From assembly GCA_052327205.1 (NCBI GenBank), contig CM126209.1, forward strand, positions 175,026,001 through 175,090,000: a stretch of 64,000 nucleotides of DNA, in the 5' to 3' direction. Positions within the stretch are counted from its first letter, which is position 1; each line of letters begins with the position of its first letter. The notes beneath the pieces were generated by a model. That model had not been told where the DNA came from and made no database searches. It saw only the letters and a program-made list of their open reading frames with translations. Made by a program: the position numbers and the translations under genes. Below are positions 23,281 to 35,684 of the stretch, in pieces. Source of the DNA: Somniosus microcephalus (taxonomy: Eukaryota).

Positions 23281-25746
23281 ACTAATTCAGTGCAGAAACA
23301 GAAATCAAAGCTCAATCTTCTTGTCCTGTATGTCTCAGTTCCACATCAGGTAGTGCATGTACTAATTTAGTCACTGGTGAAGCTTTCAGGCAAATTCTGG
23401 CCTTGGATGACCAAAAGTGGATCACACAATTCACAATAGTTTCAGTCACTGCAAACTCACTGTGAATTAAAGTGTATTCCATGAATGTAGGGCTTGTATT
23501 GATTGGTTAAGTTTGCTGTTATGAAATGCCACTGAAAATTTCAGTTGGAATTTGATTTTTTTCCTCAATCAAAGGTTTTTCTTTGAACTTTCCCAGAATT
23601 TTAATCAAGTTTATTACAATAGCTCCCAAAGCAATACAGGACATAATCCAGAATGAGAAAGCAAATAATTTCATTGTAGCTCCCTTACAGCCACAGGCCA
23701 ATCCAATTAGTGGATACCTGCCAGGAATCAGTTTGGATTGCAGGAAGATGCTCAACCAGTTGCTCTGTTCTTTTGCACATTGGATTGCCCCAGAAATAGG
23801 AAGTGCTCCAGTTTGCAAAACACAACATAAATGAGGCCTTACTGTGTAAACAGATCATCAGGTCTTGTAAATGATTTTAAGCTGATGATAACTAATAGGA
23901 GATGGGTAGCATTCCCATACTCTGTGGGGCGCTGTCCTTCTCAGCAGGTGTTGGCCTCAGGCCTCGCACTGGTCACTATGGAGGAGTCTCTCAGCAGTTT
24001 CTTCCTGTGAAACAGTGCAAAGGTCCCATCAAATAGCTTTGTTTGTTTGTGACACACAATCGCTTCCCACAGCAAGTCCACTCATTAGGGGAATTTTCAC
24101 TTCAAAGTTTGTATTATTAACCAACTCCAAACTCAGTGGCAGCATTTAGCCACTTCAGTGACACCCAGTGGCGCATTTTTATTGATTCATTTGTAAGTGA
24201 AAACAATGAATGGGTCTGTCTGCTGTCCACAGTCACACATGACAGGAGTAAAGATAGGGATCATTTCTGTGGATTCTTATAAAAGCAGTCAATTAGCTCA
24301 GCTGGGGACTTCTCGCTCTAAAAAGATCAGAACAGTAAGGAAGCCATCAAATGTTAAAAAGCATTTTGGAACATTTATCTTAACTCAGATAAATAAAGTT
24401 GTTCTTTGTTACTGCTTTAGTGTTCTTTGTGGTGCCATTCAATACACAAAGTTTGTATTTTATGCTTCAGTTAAGAAACCAATTTCTTAAAAATGATTTT
24501 AACAATAATCATTCTGATATTTTGGTAAATGTATTTTCAATCTGTGTATGGTAATATCTGATAAAACAACTGCCAATGCTAGTTGCTCCTAAAATAGGGA
24601 GTCCTACTATCTGAAGCCTTTTTATAAATGATTACAAAGATCTTCCTTTCAGTTTTGTTTTAAATACTATCATTCAATACTGTGCTGATGGGGTATTTCC
24701 TAGCAAGGTTTACTGAAGGAGCTGAATTACCATCCCAAGCAGATGCTGAGACATCCTCAGTTTCATGACTGTATCTCCACAAATGTTCATTCAACTCTCA
24801 GTCAGGCCCAGTGAATCCTTTAAACTACCAACACCACTTGCATTTATATTGTGCCTTTCGTCACTATTCCCAGTGATGGCTCTAATGTTCACCATTTAAA
24901 AGAAAACTAAAATTCAACCAAAATGGACAGGGCAGGATAGGTTAATTCCCTTGTAACTTGATGTTTGGACTTTACACTGCTCCTGTTCCAGTCATGAAGA
25001 TGTGAGTGAGTAAAGCAGTGATCTGCCACTTGTCACATCATGCAGCTTTGAAAGCAACAGTATTAAACTGGCCTAAAGTGTTGGTTTTTCCCTACACAGA
25101 AATAAAGGATCTAAATTTCACACCTATACCAGGAAGTTAACAATCTTGGATTAATCTAGGGATTGCTAAAACATGCATTAGACTGTGAGAAAACACTGTC
25201 AAGTCCATTGGCATCTCAGTATAATTTCTTCAATTCTTTCTATGTTCCCAGCAAACACCCGAGTCAAATTCATGGGATGTCTGTCCCCACTATTTTGCTG
25301 CACCCTGTTATTATGTCACCTAATATACCAACAAAGAAGCCTGTGATGAGTGTTGGCCTGTATCCAAGGAATTAAACCCTGGAACCACAGAAGAGGGTGT
25401 TGACTTCTATACTTGTTTTAGTTTCTTCCCCGTGACGTGAGCAGCCTATTATCTGACTGTAAGGCAAGGCAAATGATGTCTTCCTGGGCCCTTGCCAATG
25501 CAAACTGCTATTAGGAGGTATGTGTGTGTTTCACGTTGTCTAACTCTGATTTTCTCTCCTTCCATGTTGGGGGAAATGTTTTGCCTCAGCCAACTGGCTG
25601 AGTTGGGAAACTCGGCATGTAGGATAATTTGATTCACTAAATTTTTGTCACGGTTGCTGATCACAAGTGATGTCTTCCTCAAGGCCACTTTCAGAAATTC
25701 TCTAATACGCTATGCTGCAGAGCGATTGGATGCAGATCTCCACTCA

Positions 25747-25922
25747 TAATTTTGACTTTTGGTGATAGAGTAAACCACACGATATCAGTTTGACCACCCA
25801 TTAAATACCTCTTCCCATTTCCATTCCCACTGACTTCAATGGAAATGAAAATTGTGAGAGGCGTTTCAGAGGTGGCTGAGCCGATATCACGAATTTTACC
25901 CTATTAACAAAAGTCAAAATTA
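25747..25922. mobile_element. Small palindromic MITE
   Basis: TAATTTTGACTTTTG / CAAAAGTCAAAATTA arms, inner GATATC pairs, centre CATTCCCACTGACTTCAATGGAAATG. Confidence 0.65.
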
Positions 25923-26219
25923 CCTCCCTGATTTCCCCACATGGCAACTTCCTGATTTCAGTTGGGCTGCAACGGGAATTTGTTTACAAGGTAAGAAGAA
26001 AATCTGTGGTTTTAATTAAGCCACTTCACTTGCTCTATTGATGTTGGAACAGCCCTACCTTCCTGTTGCAATACTTGCTTTCTGTCATTGAAGAGAGGAT
26101 AGAGCACAGTACTGAATCCCAGTTCAGTTAACATTCTACAGCTGGAAAAACTCTGAAGCAAGGCCCAAAGACAAGTGGAGCAGCAACATTGCCATGTGCT
26201 ACAGGTGAAGCAGTTGCAG

Positions 26220-26690
26220 GCTACAAGTATCTCCAGAATAATACCAGGGATGAGAAATTATATTCATGAGGAGATATTTGAAACACTGGAATTATTTCCA
26301 ATGGAGCAGAGAAGGCTCAGAGGAGTTTTAATGGAGATTTTTTTTAAATTACAACAGGTTTTGATAGAGTGAATAAAGATTGTTTCCTCGGCCTGAGGAG
26401 TCAGTGACAAGGGGTTATTAATTTAAAATTGGTGCCGAGAGGTTAGGAGAAATTTCTTTCAGCAGAGGAACGTTAGAGCATGGAATGCTTTGCCACAGGG
26501 AAAAGTTGAGGAATTTTTTTAAAGAGAAGTGTTGATAAACATTTGAAGCAGACAAAGATACAGGGCTTTAAAGGGACAGCGGAGGGCAGTGAAATTTGTT
26601 TTGGATTGGTCCAGCAAAGAACCAGCACTGACACAAAGGGCCAAAATGGCATCCTTGCGTGTTGTAAACTTTTATGGTTCTAGGATTCTA
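26220..26690 (+). mobile_element. Degenerate CR1-like LINE 3' fragment
   Basis: RIIPGMRNYIHEEIFETLELFPMEQRRLRGVL; degenerate TTCTA tail. Confidence 0.8.
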
Positions 26691-26944
26691 TACTGTGAGT
26701 GCCATAGGTATCAGGAGTTGTGAAAGGAAATTGGTGTGCTACTGCTCTGCAGTACATTAATGCATTATTGCACAATGCCTCCTCATAAACTGAAATAGGG
26801 GGAAAAATACATGATTCTATAATCATCAAGTTCAATGAATACAAATGACATGAACCGTTTCAAATCATTTTATAGCACATTGTATTAAGTAACAACAGAA
26901 GAAAGTAAAGAGATTATAAACTTGATTTCTCTGTGAAAAATAAC

Positions 26945-27043
26945 TTGGAGATTGATTTTCAATGAAAATTGGGCTGTTTCTATAACAGGCGGCTGATCCA
27001 CAATGCTACTTTTATGTCCAGCTGGCAAGTTAAAAATCTGCCC
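26945..27043. mobile_element. Half copy of the palindromic MITE
   Basis: GTTTCTATAACAGGCGGCTGATCC...CAAGTTAAAAATCTGCCCC matches the right arm of 15722-15864. Confidence 0.6.
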
Positions 27044-27956
27044 CATTATCTCAAAAAAGCATGACTGGGATGAAAACATTCTCAAAAATAATTTAGCAAA
27101 GGTTAGTGCTTAGAAATATTTTATTTTTAACGAAGTACGATCAACAGAAGTACCGGCATTACATATTACTCAAAGGCCCCCCCCAATAAACGGATAATGA
27201 CAACAAGTGAATTGGGCAGAAGCATACAAATGAAGCTCAGCCTTATGTTGGCAAAGCCTGCTACCAGGTAGGTACTTGTTTAATTTTAATTAGAGGAGTC
27301 GGTGTGCTTGAAAGTTTTCCTGATTACAGTGTTCAGCTCACCAAATGAACTCTTCTGTCTGCCTCGCAAACACCCACACGGGCTTTCAGCTGAAAAAATA
27401 TCAAATATGCGCAGTCGCCACAGAATACAAACACAGTGGGTGGCCTGCTGGCAATGAGTTAGTGCAATAATGTGCTGTGTTACATGTGTGGTGGGCTCTC
27501 CTGCCGTCCCACTCCCACACACCCCCGCCACCCCCCCCCCCCCACCCACCCGCACACGCATCATGATTACGGACACAGTAAGTGCCCAATCTCAACCGGG
27601 GCATTGGGTAAAAAGTTCTCAGAGATAGAGGAGAAAAATCAGAGAATAAATCAAATTAATTATCCCAAGTTAAAAGATAATTGTCTGTGACTTCCTACGG
27701 TGGTCATCACAAGCCAAGAGGAGCCCGGAGTACATTAACAACAAGCTTAGATGAACTGATCAGCTAACTAAGAAACATGTTTATTCAGGGTCATGACAAC
27801 CAAGGCATATTCAAGATTCCATTCTCAGGTATCTGCCTTCCACTAGCTTGTCTTTGCAATCCCCATGTTAAACATAACTATTTCACATATATTTATTCTT
27901 TAAAGTGCCTTATAGATTGAATCAGCAAAGGATCATGATGAATAATGTCTTGGCAC

Positions 27957-28168
27957 TGTAGTGTATGTACCTTTAAGAGAGAACTACTTTTACAGCTCCT
28001 GTATACTGTAGTACCGGCAGTGACCACACCTGTATATAAGCCTTGAGCATGCCTCTTTACTGTTAGTCTTTAGACTACCCTCCTCCAGTAAACACCTGTT
28101 GATTGTTAATTTACAGCCTCCGGCCAGTTATTGGAAGACATCATACTTTAAGAATCACAGATTCAACA
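27957..28168 (+). repeat. 5' LTR of Gypsy C (212 bp)
   Basis: TG...CA, TATATAA at ~28033, followed directly by the PBS. Confidence 0.95.
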
Positions 28169-28849
28169 GTGGCGACGAGGTCGATTCGAATCTACCTGCA
28201 ACTCTGCATTTCCTTTCAAGGATTCGTTCCGGGAGGACGGTGGAAGAAAGTCGAGGCCAGAAGCACGGGCGTCGACCACGAGCAACCGCCCAGTCATCCG
28301 GCAGAGAGTGAACATCGCAGGGGAGGCTGTTGAGAGCTGGGCTTGGTTCTCCAGCCACGACGATCCAGCAACAGACTGGCAACAGGTACAGCGCAGACCC
28401 TTCCCGGACAGCGGCGGCTGGAGCCGACCGACGGCACAGAAAAGGCCGAGCAGCGTCGATGGGGTAAGAGAGAGGGTGAAGCGCAGAGGGCGCAGCCGGG
28501 GGTTGAAGACCGAGCGACGTCGAGGAAAACAAAAAGAGAGAGAGGGTAAAGCACAGCCGGGGTTCAGGACTGAGCGGTGGCAACGAGAGAGGCGCACAGG
28601 AGAACGCGCAGAGCGCAGCCAGGGCTAAAAGGGCTGAACAGTGTCCGCGGGGAAGGAAAGGAAGCACGGGAGACGCCATTGAGCCGCGGAGAAAAAGGGA
28701 GAGCGCGGGAGACGCCATTTTAGAAGCCGCAGCAGAGAAGAAGGGCGAGCGTGGGAAGAAAGGAAAGAGCGGGAGATGCCATTTTGTGCCAGCGGAGGAG
28801 AAGGGAGAGCGCGGGAGATGCCATTTTGACAGTTTAATCACACCCAGGG

Positions 28850-31186
28850 ATGCTGAAGAGTAGCAGTATCACTGCGTTCGACAATGAAGTCAAAGATTGG
28901 GCGACATATGTGGAACGCATTGAGGTGTACTGCAAGGCGAATGAAGTGCCAGATGCTAGGAAAGCACTGGTTTTGTTGAACTCCATGGGTGCAAAAACTT
29001 ATGGCTTACTGCGAAACCTAATAACCGTAGAGAAGCCAGTGGATAAGAATTTCGAAAGCACAGTGGAAATCCTACAGGACCACTTAAACCCCACACCGTT
29101 GCTGATAGCAGAAAGATTTAAGTTCCACAAAAGGAACCAGCATAAAGACGAAAGTAATGCTGAGTACTTAACGGAACTGCGCAAGCTATCGAAACACTGC
29201 CAGTTTGGATTGGGACTAGCAGATACGTTAAGGGACAAGTTTGTGTGTGGGCTGCAAAGTGAAGGAACCCAGAAACGGCTTCTATCAGAAAAGGATCTTA
29301 CGCTGGACAAGGCTTTCAGCATGGCAGTATCACACAAAGCAGCCGCACGGGGCACTGCAGAGATACAAATGAGACCGCAAGAATATGGCACCAATGAAAT
29401 GTCATATGGAGCAGGGAAGTGTTATCGCTGCGGCAGAACAACACACGACCAGAAGGATTGTTGGTTCAAGGACCAAGTGTGCAGACAGTGTGGAAAAGCA
29501 GGACACATAGCAAGAGTCTGCAGGTCAGGGAAGAAAACCAGCAGCAAGAAATCTCCACAGGAGAAGTACAAAAAGGTACATAAGGTGATGGACAGTAGTT
29601 CAGATGAACAGAAAAGTGATACAGACTCCAGAAGCAAGGAGCTGGGTTGTCTGAAACTACATAAGGTAATCAAAATGGAGTTTCACCAGACTATCTGGGT
29701 CACGCTCAAGATAGACGGAGCCCAAGTGAAAATGGAATTGGACACAGGATCAGCCCTAACAGTCATAAACCGAAGGGACTACAAGTGGCTATTTTCACAT
29801 ATAACCTTGAAAGCTACAGAGATTGTCTTGAAGACGTACACGGGGCAAAAAGTCTACCCCAAAGGAAAAATAAGGGTGAACATGATATACAAAGGCCAGG
29901 AAATACCTAAAATGGACCTATATGTATTGCCAGATGGAGGACCACCACTACTAGGACGTGAATGGATCCGGAAGATACAATTAGATTGGCATTCCATACA
30001 AGCACTGAAGGTTGAGGCCAAAAAGGATGACGACGTCACACCTGGACGACTGTCAAAAATGCTAACTGATGCACAAGAAGTGTTCCAGGAGGGACTCGGA
30101 ACACTAAAAGGCATAACAGCGACGATTAAAATAGCGGAAAATGCAAGCCCAAAGTTTTTTAAGGCCAGACCAGTGCCTTATGCGATCCGACCAGCCGTCG
30201 AAGCAGAGCTGGAAGGGTTGGAACGTTCAGGAGTACTATCCAAAGTAGACTGGAGCGAGTGGGCTACACCCATCGTTCCTGTAATGAAGAGGTCATTGAG
30301 TAATACGCCTGGGGAACAAAAGAAGGTCCGCATCTGTGCAGATTTTAAGGTGACAGTGAACCCAGCCCTTCGCACGGTACAATATCCACTTCCACGGATT
30401 GAGGGTATTTTCGCCTCGCTATCTGGAGGTAAACGCTTCACCAAAATTGATCTGGCCCAGGTGTACCTACAAATGGAGGTAGAAGAAGCCTCGAAACAAT
30501 ACCTCACGATCAACACTCATGAAGGTCTCTACCAATACAATCGGCTGGTGTTCAGAGTAGCATCGGCTCCGGCTATTTGGCAAAGGGCAATGGATCAAGT
30601 CTTGCAAGGGATTCCAGGGACCCAGTGTTATTTGGATGACATTCTGGTCATGGGCGAAAATGACAGTGATCACCTCGCCAACCTGGAGAAGGCGCTCACT
30701 AGATTAAAGGAATATGATCTACGAGCTAATCGCCACAAGTGCGAGTTTTTCCAGAAGCAGATCTCGTATTGTGGCCACGTTATTGATGAAGAGGGGTTAC
30801 ATAAGTCCCCTGAAAAGATTCAGGCAGTAGTCAAGGCTCCAGCACTGGAAAATGTGTCACAACTGAGGTCGTTCCTCGGGCTGGTGAACTACTACCATAA
30901 GTTCTTACCAAATTTATCTACAGTATTACACCCACTGAACACCCTACTGCAAACGGGGGTACCATGGAAGTGGAATGACGAATGTAAACGAGCTTTCCAG
31001 AAGTGCAAAGAATTGATCACATCAAAAGAGGTGTTGGCCCATTTCAACCCAGCACCACCAATTCGGTTGGCATGTGATGCATCACCCTATGGTACTGGAG
31101 CGGTGCTGTCGCACAAATTCCCAGACGGGTTGGAGAGGCCAGTAGCCAGACGGCACAGAAAAGGCCGAGCAGCGTCGGCGGGGTAA
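28850..31186 (+). CDS. Gypsy C gag-protease-RT polyprotein, copy 1 (truncated in RNase H by the duplication junction)
   Basis: 778-aa ORF with CYRCGRTTHDQKDC and CRQCGKAGHIARVC knuckles, LDTGS, YLDD and LACDASPYG; homology ends at ERPVA (31147). Confidence 0.92.
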   Translation: MLKSSSITAFDNEVKDWATYVERIEVYCKANEVPDARKALVLLNSMGAKTYGLLRNLITVEKPVDKNFESTVEILQDHLNPTPLLIAERFKFHKRNQHKDESNAEYLTELRKLSKHCQFGLGLADTLRDKFVCGLQSEGTQKRLLSEKDLTLDKAFSMAVSHKAAARGTAEIQMRPQEYGTNEMSYGAGKCYRCGRTTHDQKDCWFKDQVCRQCGKAGHIARVCRSGKKTSSKKSPQEKYKKVHKVMDSSSDEQKSDTDSRSKELGCLKLHKVIKMEFHQTIWVTLKIDGAQVKMELDTGSALTVINRRDYKWLFSHITLKATEIVLKTYTGQKVYPKGKIRVNMIYKGQEIPKMDLYVLPDGGPPLLGREWIRKIQLDWHSIQALKVEAKKDDDVTPGRLSKMLTDAQEVFQEGLGTLKGITATIKIAENASPKFFKARPVPYAIRPAVEAELEGLERSGVLSKVDWSEWATPIVPVMKRSLSNTPGEQKKVRICADFKVTVNPALRTVQYPLPRIEGIFASLSGGKRFTKIDLAQVYLQMEVEEASKQYLTINTHEGLYQYNRLVFRVASAPAIWQRAMDQVLQGIPGTQCYLDDILVMGENDSDHLANLEKALTRLKEYDLRANRHKCEFFQKQISYCGHVIDEEGLHKSPEKIQAVVKAPALENVSQLRSFLGLVNYYHKFLPNLSTVLHPLNTLLQTGVPWKWNDECKRAFQKCKELITSKEVLAHFNPAPPIRLACDASPYGTGAVLSHKFPDGLERPVARRHRKGRAASAG

Positions 31187-31568
31187 GAGAGAGAGTGAAG
31201 CGCAGAGGGCGCAGCCGGGGGTTGAAGACCGAGCGACGTCGAGGAAAACAAAAAGAGAGAGAGGGTAAAGCACAGCCGGGGTTCAGGACTGAGCGGTGGC
31301 AACGAGAGAGGCGCACAGGAGAATGCGCAGAGCGCAGCCAGGGCTAAAAGGGCTGAACAGTGTCCGCGGGGAAGGAAAGGAAGCACGGGAGACGCCATTG
31401 AGCCGCGGAGAAAAAGGGAGAGCGCGGGAGATGCCATTTTAGAAGCCGCAGCGGAGAAGAAGGGCGAGCGTGGGAAGAAAGGAAAGAGCGGGAGATGCCA
31501 TTTTGTGCCAGCGGAGGAGAAGGGAGAGCGCGGGAGATGCCATTTTGACAGTTTAATCACACCCAGGG

Positions 31569-34061
31569 ATGCTGAAGAGTGGCAGTATCACTGCGTTCGA
31601 CAATGAAGTCAAAGATTGGGCGACATATGTGGAACGCATTGAGCTGTACTGCAAGGCGAATGAAGTGCCAGATGCTAGGAAAGCACTGGTTTTGTTGAAC
31701 TCCATGTGTGCAAAAACTTATGGCTTACTGCGAAACCTAATAACCGTAGAGAAGCCAGTGGACAAGAATTTCGAAAGCACAGTGGAAATCCTACAGGACC
31801 ACTTAAACCCCACACCGCTGCTGATAGCAGAAAGATTTAAGTTCCACAAAAGGAACCAGCATAAAGACGAAAGTAATGCTGAGTACTTAACGGAACTGCG
31901 CAAGCTATCGAAACACTGCCAGTTTGGATTGGGACTAGCAGATACGTTAAGGGACAAGTTTGTGTGTGGGCTGCAAAGTGAAGGAACCCAGAAACGGCTT
32001 CTATCAGAAAAGGATCTTACGCTGGACAAGGCTTTCAGCATGGCAGTATCACACAACGCAGCCGCACGGGGCGCTGCAGAGATACAAATGAGACCGCAAG
32101 AATATGGCACCAATGAAATGTCATATGGAGCAGGGAAGTGTTATCGCTGCGGCAGAACAACACACGACCAGAAGGATTGTTGGTTCAAGGACCAAGTGTG
32201 CAGACAGTGTGGAAAAGCAGGACACATAGCAAGAGTCTGCAGGTCAGGGAAGAAAACCAACAGCAAGAAATCTCCACAGGAGAAGTACAAAAAGGTACAT
32301 AAGGTGATAGACAGTAGTTCAGATGAACAGAAAAGTGATACAGACTCCAGAAGCAAGGAGCTGGGTTGTCTGAAACTACATAAGGTAATCAAAATGGAGT
32401 TTCACCAGACTATCTGGGTCACGCTCAAGATAGACGGAGTCCAAGTGAAAATGGAATTGGACACAGGATCAGCCCTAACAGTCATAAACCGAAGGGACTA
32501 CAAGTGGCTATTTTCACATATAACCTTGAAAGCTACAGAGATTGTCTTGAAGACGTACACGGGGCAAAAAGTCTACCCCAAAGGAAAAATAAGGGTGAAC
32601 GTGATATACAAAGGCCAGGAAATACCTAAAATGGACCTATATATATTGCCAGATGGAGGACCACCACTACTAGGACGTGAATGGATCCGGAAGATACAAT
32701 TAGATTGGCATTCCATACAAGCACTGAAGGTTGAGGCCAAAAAGGATGACGACGTCACACCTGGACGACTGTCAAAAATGCTAACTGATGCACAAGAAGT
32801 GTTCCAGGAAGGACTCGGAACACTAAAAGGCATAACAGCGACGATTAAAATAGCGGAAAATGCAAACCCAAAGTTTTTTAAGGCCAGACCAGTGCCTTGT
32901 GCGATCCGACCAGCCGTCGAAGCAGAGCTGGAAGGGTTGGAACGTTCAGGAGTACTGTCCAAAGTAGACTGGAGCGAGTGGGCTACACCCATCGTTCCTG
33001 TAATGAAGAGGTCATTGAGTAATACGCCTGGGGAACAAAAGAAGGTCCGCATCTGTGCAGATTTTAAGGTGACAGTGAACCCAATCCTTCACACGGTACA
33101 ATATCCACTTCCACGGATTGAGGGTATTTTCGCCTCGCTATCTGGAGGTAAACGCTTCACCAAAATTGATCTGGCCCAGGTGTACCTGCAAATGGAGGTA
33201 GAAGAAGCCTCGAAACAATACCTCACGATCAACACTCATGAAGGTCTCTACCAATACAATCGGCTGGTGTTCGGGGTAGCATCGGCTCCGGCTATTTGGC
33301 AAAGGGCAATGGATCAAGTCCTGCAAGGGATTCCAGGGACCCAGTGTTATTTGGATGACATTCTGGTCACGGGCGAAAATGACAGTGATCACCTCGCTAA
33401 CCTGGAGAAGGCGCTCACTAGATTAAAGGAATATGATCTACGAGCTAATCGCCACAAGTGCGAGTTTTTCCAGAAGCAGATCTCGTATTGTGGCCACGTT
33501 ATTGATGAAGAGGGGTTACATAAGCCCCCTGAAAAGATTCAGGCAGTAGTCAAGGCTCCAGCACCGGAAAATGTGTCACAACTGAGGTCGTTCCTCGGGC
33601 TGGTGAACTACTACCATAAGTTCTTACCAAATTTATCTACAGTATTACACCCACTGAACACCCTACTGCAAACGGGGGTACCATGGAAGTGGAATGACGA
33701 ATGTAAACCAGCTTTCCAGAAGTGCAAAGAATTGATCACATCAAAAGAGGTGTTGGCCCATTTCAACCCAGCACCACCAATTCGGTTGGCATGTGATGCA
33801 TCACCCTATGGTACTGGAGCGGTGCTGTCACACAAATTCCCAGACGGGTTGGAGAGGCCAGTAGCCTTTGCGTCTCGGTCACTAACCTCAGCCGAGCGCA
33901 ACTACGCTCAGATCGACAGGGAGGCCCTAAGCCTAGTATGGGGAGTAAAAAAATTCAACCACTATCTGCATGGGCAGAAGTTCACCTTGCTGACTGACCA
34001 CCAACCACTTGTCTCCATCTTTAATCCAAAGAATGGCTACAAAGATGGTCCCTTTTTCTAG
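31569..34061 (+). CDS. Gypsy C gag-protease-RT-RNase H polyprotein, copy 2 (frameshifted near 34035)
   Basis: 830-aa ORF nearly identical to copy 1, continuing AFASRSL...NYAQIDREAL...LLTDHQPL. Confidence 0.93.
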   Translation: MLKSGSITAFDNEVKDWATYVERIELYCKANEVPDARKALVLLNSMCAKTYGLLRNLITVEKPVDKNFESTVEILQDHLNPTPLLIAERFKFHKRNQHKDESNAEYLTELRKLSKHCQFGLGLADTLRDKFVCGLQSEGTQKRLLSEKDLTLDKAFSMAVSHNAAARGAAEIQMRPQEYGTNEMSYGAGKCYRCGRTTHDQKDCWFKDQVCRQCGKAGHIARVCRSGKKTNSKKSPQEKYKKVHKVIDSSSDEQKSDTDSRSKELGCLKLHKVIKMEFHQTIWVTLKIDGVQVKMELDTGSALTVINRRDYKWLFSHITLKATEIVLKTYTGQKVYPKGKIRVNVIYKGQEIPKMDLYILPDGGPPLLGREWIRKIQLDWHSIQALKVEAKKDDDVTPGRLSKMLTDAQEVFQEGLGTLKGITATIKIAENANPKFFKARPVPCAIRPAVEAELEGLERSGVLSKVDWSEWATPIVPVMKRSLSNTPGEQKKVRICADFKVTVNPILHTVQYPLPRIEGIFASLSGGKRFTKIDLAQVYLQMEVEEASKQYLTINTHEGLYQYNRLVFGVASAPAIWQRAMDQVLQGIPGTQCYLDDILVTGENDSDHLANLEKALTRLKEYDLRANRHKCEFFQKQISYCGHVIDEEGLHKPPEKIQAVVKAPAPENVSQLRSFLGLVNYYHKFLPNLSTVLHPLNTLLQTGVPWKWNDECKPAFQKCKELITSKEVLAHFNPAPPIRLACDASPYGTGAVLSHKFPDGLERPVAFASRSLTSAERNYAQIDREALSLVWGVKKFNHYLHGQKFTLLTDHQPLVSIFNPKNGYKDGPFF

Positions 34062-35488
34062 GGGCGAACCAATTTGAAAGAGTATAAGGGCACGAAACAG
34101 CATGGAAACGCTGATGGGCTATCACGCCTGCCACTGCCTACTGTCAGGAAGCACCAGCAGTGGACCCTATCGAAATATTTTATTCGTCGATAATTGAACG
34201 ATTGCCAGTAACTAACGCGGATATAGAGAAGGAGACCCGCAATGATCCGACACTGTCTCGGGTATATGATTTGACGGTGAGGGGATGGCCAACACATGGC
34301 GACTCACTGTTGCCAGCATTCTCATCCAGAAGAGAACAGCTGTCAGTATGCCAGGGGACAGTGATGTGTGGATCCCGAGTGGTAATTCCACCCAAGCTAA
34401 GGGAGAGAATGCTCAATGAGCTTCACGAAGGTCATCTGGGAGGGGTGAAAATGAAAAGCCTTGCTAGGGCTTATGTGTGGTGGCCGGGGATCGATCAACA
34501 AATCGAGGACCTAACAAAGAGCTGCTCAGGATGCCAGAAGGTCCAAAATGCACCGCCACATGCCCCTCTACACCCATGGGAGTGGCCCTCCTCTCCTTGG
34601 CAACGGGTGCATATTGATTTTGCTGGTCCAGTCATGGACTCAGTGTTCTTAATAGCAGTGGATGCGCACTCGAAATAGCCTGAGGTGATCAAAATGTCCT
34701 CAACCACTGCAGAGAAAACGATTGCAGTCCTACGGACCATATTTGCCAGGAACGGCTTGCCAGAGCAGATTTGCTCTGATAACGGACCACAGTTTGTGTC
34801 CGAAGAGTTTCGGAAATTTATGAGAAGGAATGGGGTAAGGCATTACACATCCGCCCCGTATAATTCAGCCACAAATGGATTGGCTGAGAGGTTCGTACAA
34901 ACCTTTAAAAAGGCGATAAGGGCCATGTGCGATGATGAAATTCCACTACAGCATAAGGTGGACAATTTCCTGTTAGCCTACAGAAATGCGACACATGCAG
35001 TTACCAACCAGACCCTGGCCATGATGTTCTTTAACCGAAGGTTGAGATCTCATCTGGATTTGCTCAGACCAAATGTGCGAAGAAATGTTGAGGATAAGCA
35101 ATTCCAGCACATCAATGAGAAGCCGACAAGGAGCTCCAATGTAGGACAACCAGTCTTGGCCCGCGACTACCAAACAGGGAAATGGCAACCAGGAACGATA
35201 TGCACACGGCAGGGGCCACTAATGTACACAGTGGATGTCGGGGAGAACATTGTGAGACGCCACGTCGACCAGATCCTAGAGTCACAGGAACGAGTCAACC
35301 CCATGTCTCGCGTACCTGGGGATGAACCCGACATAGCGGGAGCATCTACCCCAGAAACAGTAGTAGTGGAAACTGATGAACTAACCGACGAAAGGGGGCC
35401 AGAATCGCCTCCGCACCAAGAACAAGAACCTCAGGAAAGGCACTATCCAGAAAGGATCAGGAAGCCGCCCCAAAGACTGAATCTATAA
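34062..35488 (+). pseudogene. Gypsy C integrase (HHCC-type zinc-binding region and DDE core), disrupted
   Basis: LHEGHLG...WWPGIDQQIE...CSGCQ, PWQRVHIDFAGP, premature TAG at 34676-34678 (DAHSK*PEV), ICSDNGPQF, NGLAERFVQTFK, C-terminal YPERIRKPPQRLNL. Confidence 0.93.
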
Positions 35489-35574
35489 ATGGACTATTTC
35501 AGTTTAATGTGCATGTTAAAGTGTTAACTGTTATTTGAATGTTATGGGTACTGTTAATCTAAAAGGGGAGGAAT

Positions 35575-35684
35575 TGTAGTGTATGTACCTTTTAAGAGAG
35601 AACTACTTTTACAGCTCCTGTATACTGTAGTACCGGCAGTGACCACACCTGTCTATAAGTCTTGAGCATGCCTCTGTACTGTTA
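35575..35684 (+). repeat. 3' LTR of Gypsy C, left part
   Basis: Matches the first half of the 5' LTR; preceded by the PPT. Confidence 0.95.

Noticed and set aside
23519-23834. Overlapping short ORFs as host exons
   Set aside because: No recognisable domain or convincing splice context.
28155-28841. Antisense 228-aa ORF (and its duplicate 31087-31560) as a gene
   Set aside because: Low-complexity translation of a purine-rich leader with no domain motif.
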